Shown here in pieces: positions 26,236 to 38,983 of a stretch of 64,000 bases of DNA. The translations under genes were made by a program, and so were the position numbers. Each line of letters opens with the position of its first letter. The first letter of the stretch is position 1. Under the pieces are notes generated by a model that searched no databases, was not told the origin of the DNA, and saw only the letters and a program-made list of their open reading frames with translations. The stretch comes from Sphyrna mokarran (Eukaryota): contig JAGIQG010000034.1 in NCBI GenBank assembly GCA_024679065.1, positions 1,674,001 to 1,738,000 on the forward strand. Direction: 5' to 3'.

Positions 26236-26403
26236 CCTGTTATTGGCATCTTCCAGCCCCGCCGCTGTCAACAGGGTTTCTGTAGTTTGCACCCTCCATC
26301 TGCCTTGGGAAACCTATGATTTGGTGGTGGTTGGGGGTGGGGGCAGTTGCTGCTAACAGGGCCAGAAGATCCAGTTGGTGGAGACAGCCGGAAAATCCTG
26401 CCC
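26236..26403. mobile_element. Short MITE remnant (putative Harbinger-type; related pieces ~9740-9795, 21890-22020, 32768-32885)
   Basis: Terminus ggaaaatcctgccc (GGGCAGGATTTT on -), shared between copies. Confidence 0.5.
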
Positions 26404-29400
26404 ATTTTCACATTGATAAACTTTCCCCAGGTTGATGCTTGAGGTAAACAACTGAGAAACAAGAAGAGAGTTAAAATGGGAGAATGGGGAAGTGGGGTGG
26501 GGAGAGAAACCAAAATGGAGGTTCTCTGTGACTGGGTCTGAGTGAGGAGGACAAATAGGAGGGTGATGCAGGGCAGGAGGCAACGTAGGAATGAAGAATT
26601 GATCTGGAGGAGAGACAAATGGTGATTACAAACAGCAGGAAGATTCCATCTGTTCTTCTGACAGTGGGGGTGGCACATAGCACAGTGATTAGCACTGCTG
26701 CTTCGCAGCTCCAGGGTCCTGGGTTCGATTCCCGGCTCGGGTCAGTGTCTGCGTGGGTTTCCTCTGGTTGCTCCGGTTTCCTCCCACAGTCCAGTCACAT
26801 TTCAGCCCTTTAGTTAGGCACTGTGCCAGACAAGTGGGTGCTATCACTATTACTGATTTTTATTCCAATTGTGCACACTGGAATATCAACAGACACAAAT
26901 ATATTATCGAGGATGGCACTGTGAGGCAGCAGTGCCAACCACTGTGCCAGTGGTGTTCTTATAGCCCATTGGATTAGTGCCTCTACCTCGAGTCCGAAGC
27001 TCTGGGTTCGAGTCCCACCCAGGACTTGATACCCAAGGGGATGTGTTCAAAACACATTGAAAATGACTCTAAATTCCTTCCAAACACACGCCAATGGCAG
27101 GTAGTGAGAGTGGGAGAGATTCCTGGTCAGACATGGAGTGGTACGTTTCAAGCTGTTGCATCAGGTGGCACAGTGGTTAGCACTGCTGCCTCACAGTGCC
27201 AGGGACCCCGGCTCAATTCCAGCCTTGGGTCACTGTCTGTATAGAATCTATATACATTCTCCCCATGTCTGCGCGGGTTTCCTCCGTGCGCTCTGGCTTC
27301 CTCCCAGAGTTTGGAAGACATGCAGGTTAGGTGGATTGGTCATGTGAAATTGCCCCTTAGTGTCCAAAGATCTCTAGGTTAGAGGGATTAGCAGCGTAAA
27401 TACATGGAAAAGGCCTGAGGTAAGATACTCTGTTGGAGAGTCAGTGCAGACTCAATGGACCAAATGACCTCCGTCTGCCCCTGTAGAGATTCTACAACCT
27501 GCCCCATGGAAACCAAGCCTGGCGAAAGACAGGTGGATAAGCTGTGCTAAACTGGCCTTTTATATCCCAAGATGTATACGTTTCAGGGAATTAGCACGGC
27601 CACAGCTAGAGTATTGTGTGCAGTTCTGGAATCCACACTATCAGAGGGATGGGGGAGGGTGCAGGGGAAGTTTACCAGGATGTTGTCTGGATTGGAGTGT
27701 TTGAGAGAGAGAGATTGGATAGACTGGGATTGTTTTCCTTGGAGCAGAGGGGACCGAGGAGGGACGTGACTGAGGTGTATAAAATTCTGAGGGGCATGGA
27801 GAGAGTAGACAAGGAGAAACTTTTCCCCTTGATGGAAGGATCAATGATAGGGATGCTTGGATAAGGCAAGGGGGCAGGAGGGTTAGAGGGAATGTGAGGA
27901 AAATCTTTATCAGCCAGATGGTGGGGGGAGTCGGGAACTCACTGCCTGGAAGGATGATGGAGGTGGAGACCCTCACAACATTTCAAGAAGTATTTAGGTA
28001 TGAACTTGCGATGCCAAAGCCAAGTGCTGAGAAATTGGATCAGAATAATTGGATGGTTCGTCTTTGACCAGCACAGACGCAATGGGCCAAAGCGCCTTTT
28101 TCTGTGCTGTAAGTCTCGATGACTCCAAACGCCAGCCTGCCTTGTCATATTCCTGTTGCAGGGTGACCATGTCTGAAATCCTTCAACCTTGGGGTTCTCC
28201 AGCCAATGCTCAAACTCTGGAACTCAGGCTGTCAAACTTGTGAACAGACAGACTGCATGGAGTGCCTAAGAATCTCCACATTCAGCAGGCTGAGTTCCCC
28301 AGTTAGACTTCTGTTAAAAGGCTCCATGCCAATTAGAAAATTAGTTAAGTTACTTTTAGAAAAGCTCAAAATTTTGCCTTTCCTTATTGGAGCTTTAAAA
28401 TAGGAGCAACTTACCTATTACCTACCAATCTCTCCCGTATCGCCTCTATCCCTGCAAACAGAGCAAGACCACTTTGGCAAGATGAGAAAGTTAGAAAGAA
28501 CCAAAGACCTCTTTCTCATTCGCACCGAATTCCCACTCTGCCCCTCAGGCTGAGTCAGGTATTGTTTTTAAAGAGTTACCTATCCGTACGTTACAGAGGG
28601 ATAAGGCTAATTCCTATCACTCCACCGCAAGCTGACCAGGAAAGTTAAAGTTTATTTATTAGCGTCACAAGTAGACTTACATTAACACTGCAATGAAGTT
28701 ACTGCGAACTTCCCCTAGTCACTAGAGTCTGGCACTGTTCGGGTCAATGCACCTAACCAGCATGTCTTTCAAACAGTGGGAGGAAATCGCAGCACTGGAG
28801 AAAACCCACACAGACACGGGGAGAATGTGCAGAGTGACCTAAGCAGGGAATCGAACCCGGGTCCCTGGCGCTGTGAGGCAGCAGTGCTAACCCACTGTGC
28901 CACCGTGCAGCATTACATGACAAGGCAGAGATTCTACATTCACCGGAATCACGGTTCCCTAATCTTTGCAGCTAGTTTACACAGTGGGACTCACCAGCAG
29001 TTCCCCATGGAATCCATGTCACCCTACACAAACCAATCACCCAGCTAGAAGGACAGGGGAAGCAGATACCTGGGAGTACCACCACCTGGAGCTTCCCCTA
29101 TAAGCCACTCAGCATCCTGACTTGGAAATTTATTGGCTGTTCCTTCACTGTCACTGAATCAAAATCCTGGAACTCTCTCCCGCACAGCACTCAGAGTCAA
29201 AGAGGCCTAATTTAGCTCCTGTACCTTAAGGGTCTTATTCATTTTTAGTTACATTAACCAAATGGGACTGAGTTATCATTCTTAAATATATTCAGGAACA
29301 ATTTTTTAACCAAAGTGTATTTTTAACAGGATATGTTTTAAACACGTTGTGTGGGTTCAGGGAGATTTTATATTTTTGGCGATATGCAAATATGTTTCTG

Positions 29401-30441
29401 CAGAAACGAGAGCAGGGAGAAGAAGTATTTCAGAACGCCAGCAGAACTGTGGCTAAGATCTGCAGCTGGCCTGTCCCCACGTGGAACCTTTACGCAGTGG
29501 GATAGACAGTTAAAAAACTTTGAATTTTGCTAAGACCCTATCGTGTGGTAACCAGCGCTCAGAATCCTGATCACTTTACAAAGAAAACAATTAAAACAGC
29601 TTTATCCAATTTGAAAAACATTCTGTTCTTTGCAAATAACTTAAGGACAATTAATATCAAAAATCAGGCAGAATAATTATTAAGTTACAACAAGGATTTG
29701 CATTCACATACAGAATACAATCGGTGGCGTTTAAGAGGTTAGTTGATAAGTATATGGATGAGAAGGGAATGGTTTAGTTAGGAGGGGCATTGCTTTTTAT
29801 TTTGGTCGGCACAACATCGAGGGCCGAAGGGCCTGTTCTGTGCTGTATTGTTCTATGTTCTATGTTAATACAATCAACAACCTTGTATAAAGTTATTTGA
29901 CCAGATGCTAGTTCACGCGCAGAGGAACGTCCTGGACTTTTCCAACAATAGGTTTTCCCGCCCTGACAATGTCAATTGCCTTGCCGGATTGTCTAGCCCC
30001 TCCCCCGACACGTGCTGACGGTGGCCCAGTGGGTTAGCACTGCCACCTCACAGCTCCAGGGACCCGGGTTCGATTCCCGGCTCGGGTCACTGTGTGGAGT
30101 CTGCACATTCTCCCTGTCTCTGTGTGGGTTTCCTCCGGGTGCTCTGGTTTCCTCCCACACTCAAAAGATGTACAGGGGTAAGTGTGCTAACCTGCCCCTT
30201 AGTGTCAGGGGGACTATCCAGGATAAATGCATGGGGTTATGGGAACAGGGGCTGGGTGGGATTGTGGTTGGTGCAGACTCGATGGGCTGAATGGACTCCT
30301 TCCATACTGTAGGGATTGGAATATTCCATCCATAGAGTTAGAGCAGCAGATATTTGGTGGGGGAGGGGTATTTTATCTCTGCAGAAAGGTTGGAGACTGG
30401 GGCTTTGCTGTAGAAGCCAGTGAGGTCCTGCTGATTATATC

Positions 30442-30446
<5 letters not shown>

Positions 30447-30486
<40 letters not shown>
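30447..30486. repeat. (TG)n microsatellite
   Basis: Pure TG run. Confidence 0.95.
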
Positions 30487-30579
30487 AGCGGGAGACAGAG
30501 CAGATTGTAAACCCTTCCGTAAAACACCATGGTGCAGAACTCACTTATTAACTACCAAGGATATAAAATACACAACTCA

Positions 30580-31378
30580 GAGAACATAGAGCAGCACAGT
30601 ACAGGCCCTTCTGCCCTCAAAGTTGTGCTGAGCTATGTCCAATCCCAAGATCGAGCTAACCCACTCCCTATCATTCTGATGTGCTCCATGTGCCTATCCA
30701 ATAACCGCTTGAAAGTTCCTAAAGTGTCCTACTCCACTATCACAGCAGGCAGTCTATCCCACACCCCGATCACTCTCTGAGTGAAGAATCTACCTCAGAC
30801 ATCCCTCCTATATCTCTCATCATGAACCTTATAGTTATGCCCCCTAGTAACAGCTACATCCACCCGAGGAAATAGTCTCTGAACATCCACTCTATCAATC
30901 CCCCTCATCATCTTATAAACTTCTATTGTCACCTCTCATCCTCCTCCGCTCCAAAGAGAAAAGCCCCCTCAACCTTTCCTCAAAAGACCTACAAATCCCA
31001 AGATTCACTCCCTGTATCCATTGGAGTTTGGAAGATTGAGAGGTGATCTTACGGAAATATTGAAAATCCTGAGGGGGCTGGACAGGATGGATGAGAAGAT
31101 GTTTCCTCTCGCTGAAGAACAAGGGGACACAGTTTGAAAATAAAGGGTCTCCCATTAAAGATGGAGGGGAGGAGAATTTTCCACTGAAGATTATACGCGT
31201 TTGGAAGTATGTTCCCCAGAGAGTGGGCCAATGAATATTTTCCAGATAGAGGCAGTTCGATTCTAGACTAAGGGAGTCAGTGGAGAGAGAGAGACAGTGG
31301 GGGAAAGAGATGGAAAGCACAACTGAGACCACAATCACTTCAGCAATGATCTTATTGAGGGGCTGAATGGCCTCCATC
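30580..31378. mobile_element. Two CR1 3' fragments in opposite orientation
   Basis: CR1 ORF2-end peptides and tails. Confidence 0.8.
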
Positions 31379-31414
31379 TGTGTGCGTGTCCAAAAGCAAT
31401 GACACTTTTATTTT

Positions 31415-32352
31415 TCAGAAAGATTTACTCACTTTGTCACTTCTACAGGATGTTGCTCCAGGGGAGCCAGTGAAGCAGTTGACCGGAGGCTGCTGTGACT
31501 GATCCTGGCATCCCGAAGATGTCCGTGACCGTGGAGCTCGAGCCTGCGAGGGGACGGTCACGGGTTGGGGCGGTTCTGCTGCTGCCTGGCCCTGGTGGCT
31601 GTCGGGCACTATGTCAGGTATCGGCTGGGGGGTTGGCGAGGCGGCGTCGGTCTCCTGAACGAGGATGTCGCGTGCCCGTCCCGTCGCACGCCCGTGGGGC
31701 TTCGCCTCCCCGCCCCCACCGATCTGAGGGAGGGCAGACTGGAGGAGACGCGAGACCATTTGGAAGCCCTCCCCCACACGATCCACAAGATCATCCAGCT
31801 GGCCTACCAGCCTCTCCAAGCTCGAGCAGATGTTGGAGTCCAAGGTCTGGATGGCGGCCGTCTGAGCTGCGATCAGAGCCTCAATAGTTGGCGGGGTGGG
31901 CTCCCGCTGCGGGGGCTTGGCCCTGGAGGTGGGCGCACTTTCCAGGCTCGCGGAGACCACATGCAACACCGCGGCAGAGGTGGACTCCTCCGCGCTGACA
32001 GACACGGCGCCCAGAACCTCAGGCGAGTCCTCGGAGAGCCGGTGACGTGCCTCCAGCGTTTTCCGTTTGATTGCCGGATCCTGGAAATCCGCGTCCCGGT
32101 GCCGCTCCGCAGGGCTGGGAGCGGACCAGGCCCTGCGGCGAGATGGCACCGGGATGGGCCCCACCGCCAGCAGCTGGCCCGGCTCCCTCTCGCTCTGCGT
32201 TCCGGCAGCCCTGTCCAGTTCGCCTCCTGCTGGCTCGCCGGTGGGAATCTCCGCGCCCCTGCCCCGGCGGGACGCGGCAGCCAACTGCACTTCCTCCGGT
32301 GGGCCATCCCCCTCCAAGCTGTCCTCTTCCCGAGGAGACGGCTCAGGCGGAC
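31415..32352 (-). CDS. Myb/SANT-like gene exon 3 (low-complexity region plus C-terminal coiled-coil-like segment)
   Basis: ctctttcttctccag| acceptor, phase 1, continues into the 300-aa ORF 31415..32317. TGA is immediately followed by AATAAA. Total CDS 240+160+938=1338 nt (445 aa). Confidence 0.82.
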
Positions 32353-32511
32353 CTGGAGAAGAAAGAGGGGCAAGAATCAGGTTTGCAAAGACGGGAAGGA
32401 ATTCCTACAGGGGAGGCTGAAAAGTTGCAGGCTTGACCGTACTGGAGGAGGTTTTGACGTTGACCGGAATCGCTTGCGGTGCACGGAGAGGTACGGCTGG
32501 AAAGCAGTCAC

Positions 32512-32671
32512 CATGCTTAGAGAAACCGCCAGCCTCGCCGTCTCCAATACTGATCCCTCTCGATGTCTCACTGATATCCATCGCTGACTGTTCCACGGGG
32601 GTGAGAGCTACAATATCCGTTGTCCCCCCACCCGTCCTGTTTCTCTCCCTCATATTGTGAGCTGCCTTCTC
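32512..32671 (-). CDS. Myb/SANT-like gene exon 2
   Basis: ttctgtttctgcag| acceptor, EKAAHNMRERNRTGGG...LTPVEQ (conserved TGGG motif of this family), G|gtgact donor, 160 nt, phase 0->1. Confidence 0.85.
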
Positions 32672-35600
32672 CTGCAGAAACAGAACAGAAGTCGATAAAT
32701 AATTCGCCACACTGGCCACTACCAAAATTTTAAGATTGATACAAACAATTAAAAGAAAAATATAGAGTGGGGATTTTATGGCTTTGGTCATCTGTAAAAT
32801 CCTGCCCAAGGTCAACAGACCTTTGCATTGTCCATCCCTCGCCCACTCCGATTCCCATCGTGGGTGAGGTGGCAAACTTCCAGCCGGAATATCACATAAT
32901 AAAAAGGATTGCATACTTATTAAAATTTTAGCAGACTAGTGACTTTTACAAGTCTCTTTAATTTACAGAATAGGAATGAAACTGATGGCATTAGCTGTGA
33001 GGAGAGGCTGGAGGTTCTCACTGGAATGATGGAGGTTGAGGGGAGCCCTGATAGAAGTCTACAGGATTATGAGGGGCACGGACAGAGTGGATAGTCAGAA
33101 GCTTTTTCCCAGGGTGGAAGAGTCAATTACGAGGGAGCAGAGGTTTAAGGGTGCGAGGGGGCAAAGTTTAAAAGGACGTGTGAGGCAAGTTTTGTTTTTA
33201 CATACTTTCTGGAGCTTGCTGCTGGGGGAGGTAGCAGAAGCAGATACGATACTGACTGTTAAGGGCTGCCTGGATAAATCCATGAATAGGATGGGAATAG
33301 AGGGATGTGGTCCCCAGAAGGGTAAGGGGTTTTAGTTCAGACAGGCAGCATGGTCGGTGCAGGCTTGGAGGGCTGAAGGGCCTGTTCCTGTGCTGGAATT
33401 TTCTTTTGTTCTTTGAAAGATTGACTGTACACAGTTTTGTGTTAAAGCTCACAGATGATATGTTGTCAAATCATTATGTCCCCAATCATTTACATCATAT
33501 TTTAGACTTTTACAAAGTAGGGATTTGAACTTAGTTTATTTGTAGAATCTTTTCCTGCCTTAATTCCATCGTACATTTACTTTGTTGTGGTTTTGGTTAG
33601 AAATCATTGCAATGGGAGGGATTCAAGAAGTTTCTAACAGGTTTGTATTTCTTCAACCTCTGAGGGAAGACACATGTTTGATTTGAGAGGTTTCTTACTG
33701 AGTTCCAGCAGGCTAGATATCTGAGTGTGAAAATTCCACATCAGCAAGCTGAGGGGGGAACGGAACAAGCCAAGAAGCAACAGGATTGTCACAAGTAGGC
33801 ATCGAAGACAGAGGGGAAGACAGAGGGAAGACAGAGGGCATCGAATAGAGAGGTATTTTTCTGAATGTAAGGCTATGCATTACATCCATTACATTGGATT
33901 AGCAATGTTCTGTAGGGATCACTTCTGGGATCTTTGTTTGGAGCATAAAGAAATGACTTGGGGGAAAATGTGGCTGACCCGATTAGTAAGTTCGCAGACA
34001 ACAAAAATTGGTGGAGTTGCAAATAATGAAGAGGATTGTCAGAGGATACAGCAAGATACAGGGTGGCATGGTTAGCACTGCTGCTTCACAGCTCCAGGGA
34101 CCTGGGATCGATTCCCAGCTCAGGTCACTGTCTGTTCGGATCACTGTTTGCACATTCTCCTCGTGTCTGTGTGGGTTTCCTCCAGGTACTCTGATTTCCT
34201 CCCGCAGTCCAAAGATGTGCGGGTTAAGGTGATTGGCCATGCTAAGAAATTGCCCCTTAGTATCCAGGATGTGTAGGTTAGAAGGATAAGGGGTAAGGCC
34301 TGGGTAGGATTGTGTTTGGTGCAGACTCGATGGGCTGAAGGACCTCTTTCTGCAATGTAGGGTTCTATGATCTATATAGATTGGTTGGAGATTTGGGCAG
34401 AGAAATGGCAGATGGAATAATGCATTTTGCAAGGTCCAATGCATGTAGGAATTATACAGTAAATGATAGAGCCCTTAGGAATACTGACAGGCAGACGGAT
34501 CTGGGTGAACATGTCCACTCAGCACTGAAAGTTGCAACGCAGCTGGATAAGGTAGTCGGGAAGGCATACGGCATGCTTGCCTTCATTGGCCAGGGCACTG
34601 AGTATAAACATTGGCAGGTCATGCTACAGAACCTTAGTTAGACCCCATTCAGAATATAGTGCTCAAATCTGGTTGCCACACTATCTGAAGGATGTAGAGA
34701 GGATACAGAAGAGGTTTACCAGAATATTGCCTGCTCTGGAGGATATGAGGTTCGATAAACTCGGTTTGTTCTCACTGGAACGACGGAGGTTGAGGGGGTG
34801 ATCTGATAGAGATTTACAAGATTATAAGGGGCAACGGACAGAGTGGATAATCAGATGCTCTTTCCTAGGGTAGAAAAGTCAAGTACTTGGAGACATAGGT
34901 TTAATGTGTGGAGGAAAGTTCAGAGATGTGCGAGGCAAGTTTTTCTTTTTACACAGAGTGTGGTGAAATGCACTGCCCAGGGAGGGAGTGGGAGCAGGTA
35001 CGATAGCAACATTTAAGGGATAACTAGACAAATACGTTAAAAGGACGGGAATGGAAGGATACAGACTCTGTAAGTGCATATCATTTTACTTTAGGCAGGA
35101 ATCATGATCAGCTTGGGCCTCGAGGGTCTGCTCCTGTGCTGTACTTTTCTTTATTCTTGTTCAGTTAAGGAGTCTGGAGGAGAGACACAGCTGATTACAG
35201 ATTTAAAATTTGTTTTTCCAGAGTTTTGAAAGGACTTGGTGGAAACATTTTACCCCCTGCATGGGGGTGAATCTGAGTGTTAAAGTCAGGAGTCAGGCAC
35301 CCCAGCTAGAAATTCAGAAAAAATTCTTTACACCGAAAGTGGGAGAAATGTGAAAGCCCTGCCGATAAAAAAAAACAGCGACACTCGGTTAAATTAATTC
35401 AGGGGATATCAGCATTACTGGCTGAAACAGCTCTGAGGATTACCCTTGAACTGAGTGGTTTACAGGGCCATTTCAGAGCGGTAATCACATTGCTGTAGGC
35501 AACTTTGAGCCAGTTTTACTAAAGGACACTAATCTCAAAGGTTTTATTTATTTTAAAATTTATTTATAAGTCACAAGTAAGGCTTACATTAACACTGCAA

Positions 35601-36389
35601 TGACGTTACTGTGAAATTCCCTTAGTTCGGCACCTGTTTGGGTCAATGCACCTAGAATATGGCAAGAAATTGGAGCACCCAGAGGACACCCATGCAGGGA
35701 GACTCAGACTCAGGGAGAATGTGCAAACTCCACACACAGATAGTGACCCAAGCTGGGAATTGAACCCGGGTCCCTATGAAGAAGCAGTGCTAATCACTGT
35801 GCCACCCTGCCGCCCCAGTGGGGATGGATGGATAGCAACCTGATGGAGCAAAGACACATTTCAATGAATAGGCTCGAGGGGCTGAATGGGTTTTCATGAA
35901 CGTAATTAGACTTTTCACTTCTAGATTTCACTGGATTCAAATTTCACTCGCTGCCGTGGTGGGATCCAAACCCAGCTTCCCAGAGCATCACCCTGGATCA
36001 CTGGATTTACTAGTCCACTGACAATACCACTGTGTCCCCACTTCCCCATAATCATCATTTGAGATCTGAGCGATAGATTTTTTTTGCTAGTCTCAAGGGG
36101 ATTGAGGGAGAGTGAGCAAATATAGCTCAGGCCTAATCTCACTCAACAACAGAACACGCTTGAGGGGCGCACATGTTCCTATATGGGTAAAAGACACGCA
36201 GTTAACGGGAAGCAGTTTGTTCAGGGGAGGTAGGGTTGTGTGATTGTGGTGGGGCAGGGGAACATGGGGATTTCAGATATGTTGCCTGTTGGGATTTATT
36301 GCCTACAGAGAATGTGTGCGTGTGCGCGTGCGTGCACACAGTGGGGGTGGGGGGAAATGGCTAGATTTATTGCCTGTTCTGTTGGAGGG

Positions 36390-37465
36390 GTATATTTCAC
36401 ACACACGGTGATATATTTATCTCATAGGAAGGTGTACTTATCCCACAGTGGGAGGGGGGGTTATGTATCTCCCACAGGGATATATTTCTCAGTCACGGGG
36501 TGTATTTCTGGAGGTATATTTCTCTCCCACACAGGGGGTATATTTCTGGGGTATACTGCTCCCGGGGGGTATATGTCTCCCACAAGGGGTATATTTCTTT
36601 CACACATGTATATTTTGGGGGTATATTTCTCATACAGGGATATATTTCTGGATGTATATCTCTCTCACACAGGGGGTATCATTCTCTCACGCAGGGACAT
36701 ATTTTTGGGGGTATATTTATGGAGTATATTTCTCTCACACAGGGGGTGTATTTATGGGGTATATTTTTTGGGTATTTTTCTCATACACGGGTATATTTCT
36801 GGGATATATCTCTAGGGTATTTTTCTGGATGTATATCTCTCACACAGGGGGTATATTTCTAGGGTATATTTCTCTCACACAGGGGGTATATTTCTGTGGT
36901 GCATATATTTGGGGGTATATATTTCTGGGGTATATTTTTGGGGTATATTGCTCTCACACGGGGGTATATTTCTAGGGGTATATATTTCTAGGGTATATTG
37001 CTCTCACACGGGGGTATATTTCTAGGGGTATATATTTCTAGGGTATATTTCTCTCACACAGGGGGTATATTTCTAGGGGTATATATTTCTAGGGTATATT
37101 TCTCTCACACAGGGGGTATATTTCTGAGGTGCATATATTTGGGGGTATATATTTCTGGGGTATATTTCTAGGGTATATTTCTCTCACACGGGGGTATATT
37201 TCTAGGGGTATATATTTCTAGGGTATATTGCTCTCACACGGGGGTATATTTCTAGGGGTATATATTTCTAGGGTATATTTCTCTCACACAGGGGGTATAT
37301 TTCTGAGGTGCATATATTTGGGGGTATATATTTCTGGGGTATATTTCTAGGGTATATTTCTCTCACACGGGGGTATATTTCTGGGGTATATTTCTAGGGT
37401 ATATTTCTGGGGTATATTTTTGGGGTATATTTCTCTCACACAGGGGGTATATTTCTGAGGTATAT
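36390..37465. repeat. GGGGTATATTTCT(CTCACACA)-type minisatellite in Myb gene intron 1
   Basis: Dozens of 13-21-bp subunits with higher-order blocks, ending ~35 bp from the exon 1 donor. Confidence 0.92.
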
Positions 37466-37500
37466 CCCCTCCCCTCCCCGGAGTGTAAGGCTGTACTCAC

Positions 37501-37740
37501 CCTGGCCGAGCGGCTCAGGTCATTGAACCTTTTCCGGCACTGGGCCCAGTTCCTGGGGGTGATGCTGAGGCGGCTCACCTCCTGGGCCACCTCCTGCCAG
37601 CCCCGCTTGGCCAGGCCGCTCTGAACCTTCTTGTTGCCGGGAGGGAAGAGCAGGGGGGCCCGGGCCCGCACCGCCGACACCAGCACCTCCAGGGAGGTGT
37701 CGGAAAACCTGCGGGCCACCCGGCCCCGCCTGCCGGCCAT
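37501..37740 (-). CDS. Harbinger-derived Myb/SANT-like protein (NAIF1/MYPOP-like) exon 1, DNA-binding domain
   Basis: ATG 37740, RFSDTSLEVLV...LLF...WQEVAQEV...RNWAQCRKRFNDL, the typical Myb_DNA-bind_5 signature. AGG|gtgagt donor, 240 nt, phase 0. Confidence 0.9.
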
Positions 37741-37916
37741 GGCTCACAATCCGGCGGGCGAGCGGGAGAACGGCGCGGCGGAGCCGGAAGATCCCCCCCC
37801 CGGGGCGGGACTGCCGCCGGAAATTGCGCGCGGAAGGTGGGCGGGCGGCCGCTCCGCCAATCAGCGGCCAGGACCGCGGGGGAAGACCGGAGTTAAAATC
37901 CAGACCCGAAGGCAGC
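37741..37916 (-). promoter_or_regulatory. CpG-island promoter of the Myb/SANT-like gene
   Basis: Very CpG-rich. GC box GGGGCGGGAC 37802-37811, GCCAATCAG (NF-Y-type) ~37856-37864 and CCGGAA ETS-type cores, all directly upstream of the ATG. Confidence 0.65.
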
Positions 37917-38632
37917 GCCGGAATTCCCGTCCCGCCGGCATTCCGGTCCGGCCGGAATTCCCGTCCCGCCGGCATTCCGGTCCCGCTGGAATTCCCGTCC
38001 CGCCGGCATTCCGGTCTTGCTGGAATTCTGCTCCCGTCGGCATTCCGGTCCCGCTGGAATTCCCGTCCCGCCGGCATTCCGGTCCCGCTGGAATTCTGCT
38101 CCCGCCGGCATTCCGGTCCCGCTGGAATTCCCGTCCCGCCGGCATTCCGGTCCCGCTGGAATTCCCGTCCCGCTGGAATTCTGCTCCCGTCGGCATTCCG
38201 GTCCCGCCAGCATTACCGTCCCGCTGGAATTCCGGTCCCACTGTATTCCTGTTCCGCCGGCATTCCAATCCCACCAGTGTTCCCATCCCTTTGGCATTCC
38301 GGTCCCGCTGGTATTCCCTCCTGCCAGTATTCCCACCCTGCTGGAATTCCACTCTCACCAGTATTCCCATCCTTCCCGCATTCTGATCCGGCGGACATCC
38401 CAGTCCTGCTTCCCACCATGCCGGTATTCCAGTCCCACTGGAATTCCCATCCCATCGGCATTCTGGCCCCACCGGTATTCCTGTCCCCCTGCCAGCAATA
38501 TAATTCCACCAGCATTCCCGTCTCACTGGTATTCCTGTCCTGCCAGCATTTCCACCCTGCCGCCATTCCCATCCCGTCCTCATTCTAGTCCTGTCCTGGT
38601 CCCGTCAGCATTCCCACCTCTTCGGCATTCCA
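37917..38632. repeat. CpG-rich 17/34-bp satellite
   Basis: Unit ccgccggcattccggtc-ccgctggaattcccgtc, increasingly degenerate rightwards. Confidence 0.92.
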
Positions 38633-38799
38633 ATGCCGACCTGTTTAAAATCACTCCCAGTCCCACTCTGTCCCAGGGGAAGGGTCTGGATCCAATGGCT
38701 TATACAAACACACAAGACATTTCTCACACTGAATCATTCCCATCCAGAATCCACCCGGACAATCAGCGCATTCTCCCGTTTTTCCAGTCCTGCACTCAC

Positions 38800-38949
38800 C
38801 TTTTCCCAGCTGCCAGGCACACCCAGCCAGTGCCAGCAGTGAAACTCCAGCAAGAAGCAGCAGACAGGGCCAGCAGGAGGGGGTGGAGGGGCAGAGTGGA
38901 CACTCAGAAATGCTGGTTGGAGATGGGGCAATGCTGGAGTCTTCCAGAT
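38800..38949 (-). CDS. Inhibitory VJ-IgV receptor exon 3 (hinge + transmembrane)
   Basis: tgtttgggtttcag| acceptor and AAAG|gtgagt donor, 150 nt, phase 1-1: DLEDSSIAPSPTSISECPLCPSTPS-CWPCLLLLAGVSLLALAGCAW-QLGK. Not in the supplied ORF track. Confidence 0.82.
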
Positions 38950-38983
38950 CTGAAACCCAAACACAATCCCATCAGTTACCCCT

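Noticed and set aside
29369-29397. Strong minus-strand acceptor that could be a fourth Myb exon or an alternative receptor end
   Set aside because: Only short nondescript peptides follow; Myb exon 3 already has a stop plus AATAAA.
31495-32587. Long plus-strand ORFs (340 aa and others)
   Set aside because: Antisense shadows of the GC-rich Myb exon 3.
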